Below, in pieces: positions 63,408 through 64,000 of a stretch of 64,000 nt of DNA. A model generated the notes under the pieces. The model was not told the DNA's origin. It was given only the letters and a program-made list of their open reading frames with translations, and ran no database searches. How positions within the stretch are numbered: position 1 is the stretch's first letter; each line of letters begins with the position of its first letter. The stretch lies in NCBI GenBank assembly GCA_000091205.1, contig AP006497.2; one strand, given 5' to 3'. This DNA is from Cyanidioschyzon merolae (Eukaryota). Made by a program: the position numbers and the translations under genes.

Positions 63408-63876
63408 CTCGAGTCCTAGCGTCGAAAACCGTCGAATAAACTTTCAGTATGAGGTTCTTTGGACCTTGGAATGTGGAATAGAGCTCAAAGGAACGGAGAT
63501 TAAGTCGGTGCGGGCGGGGAAGATGAACATCCGAGACGCGTTTGCGCGGGCGAAGCGAGGAACCAACGACCTCTGGCTCTATAACTGCCATATTGCGCCA
63601 CATGACCGAACAGCGACGTTCTTCAACCACCAACCGACACGACCTCGCCGTCTCTTAGCGCATAAACAGGAAATTCGGCGGTTGCTGCAGGCTCAAGAGG
63701 AAAAGGGACTTACGCTGGTACCGCAGCGGTGTTACTTCGACCAGCGCCAGCGGCTGAAAGTGCTGCTCGCAGTCGCCCGTGGTAAGAAACTTCACGACAA
63801 ACGCGAGAGTATTCGGGAACGTGACGAGGCACGTTCCATGAAACGATTCGCCAAATACGACCTGAGAGACTTGTAG
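63241..63876 (+). CDS. smpB: SmpB (tmRNA-binding trans-translation protein) with an N-terminal organellar presequence-like extension. The ORF is open from 62869.
   Basis: The core is colinear with bacterial SmpB: NFQYEVLWTLECGIELKGTEIKSVRAGKMNIRDAFARAKRGTNDLWLYNCHIAPHD...RRLLAHKQEIRRLLQAQEEKGLTLVPQRCYFDQRQRLKVLLAVARGKKLHDKRESIRERDEARSMKRFAK (cf. E. coli GKKQHDKR). It is preceded by about 65 aa of S/T/A/R-rich, acid-poor sequence starting at MATLSFLFGTSSARF. Confidence 0.85.
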   Translation: MATLSFLFGTSSARFTSGHDAWSRAGVRASWNVAPAQRLPRAKVGLRTLVARTKSTSSPSVENRRINFQYEVLWTLECGIELKGTEIKSVRAGKMNIRDAFARAKRGTNDLWLYNCHIAPHDRTATFFNHQPTRPRRLLAHKQEIRRLLQAQEEKGLTLVPQRCYFDQRQRLKVLLAVARGKKLHDKRESIRERDEARSMKRFAKYDLRDL

Positions 63877-64000
63877 AGGGCCATGCCCACCAGCGTTGTG
63901 GCTGCATGCCTTGTGTCGTCCGCGATGCTGCTTCGAGGTCGTTTGAGCAACCGCGGTAGCCGCTGGGGCCCAGTTCCTTGGCTTGCATGAATAGGCACAT

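Overview
Taxonomy and genome character: a GC-rich (roughly 55-60%), gene-dense stretch of eukaryotic nuclear DNA. At least 25 protein-coding genes lie on both strands, most as single uninterrupted ORFs, often in head-to-head pairs sharing short promoter regions. One canonical spliceosomal intron (GTAAGT...TTTAG, 301 nt) can be read directly from the sequence inside a DEAD-box helicase gene. The organism appears to be an intron-poor protist, possibly a stramenopile (oomycete- or labyrinthulomycete-like), judging from bacterial-type glucokinase, organelle-targeted SmpB, a POP-type family-A DNA polymerase, a plastidic-type phosphate translocator, a bZIP factor, and CAG microsatellites. That placement is inference only. 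Recognisable genes, in order: hypothetical protein, cupin-like protein, MFS transporter, two-exon DEAD-box helicase, EVE/Thy28 protein, TPT-family phosphate translocator, organellar family-A DNA polymerase, Cdc7-like kinase, phosphoacetylglucosamine mutase, bZIP factor, V-ATPase subunit d, CMP/dCMP-type deaminase, bacterial-type glucokinase with a C-terminal membrane anchor, mitochondrial enoyl-reductase (MECR), Vps4, a fused two-domain bacterial-type ABC importer permease, steroid-5-alpha-reductase, TUG/ASPL-like UBX protein, ribosomal protein S11 (uS17), Mon2-like scaffold (2056 aa), NUDIX hydrolase, and SmpB with an organellar presequence. No rRNA, tRNA or CRISPR array could be supported by eye. 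Several repeats are not explained by the genes. These are a 48-bp minisatellite (about 13 copies) in the TPT/polymerase divergent promoter, and two inverted copies of an internally repetitive ~400-700 bp element that bracket a 12-kb block carrying the ABC permease. The others are degenerate ~100-bp tandem repeats in two intergenic regions and microsatellites both between and inside genes. Because the sequence is GC-rich, many long antisense ORFs in the track are artefacts and were rejected. I could run no searches or computations: every call rests on motif and sequence recognition by eye.
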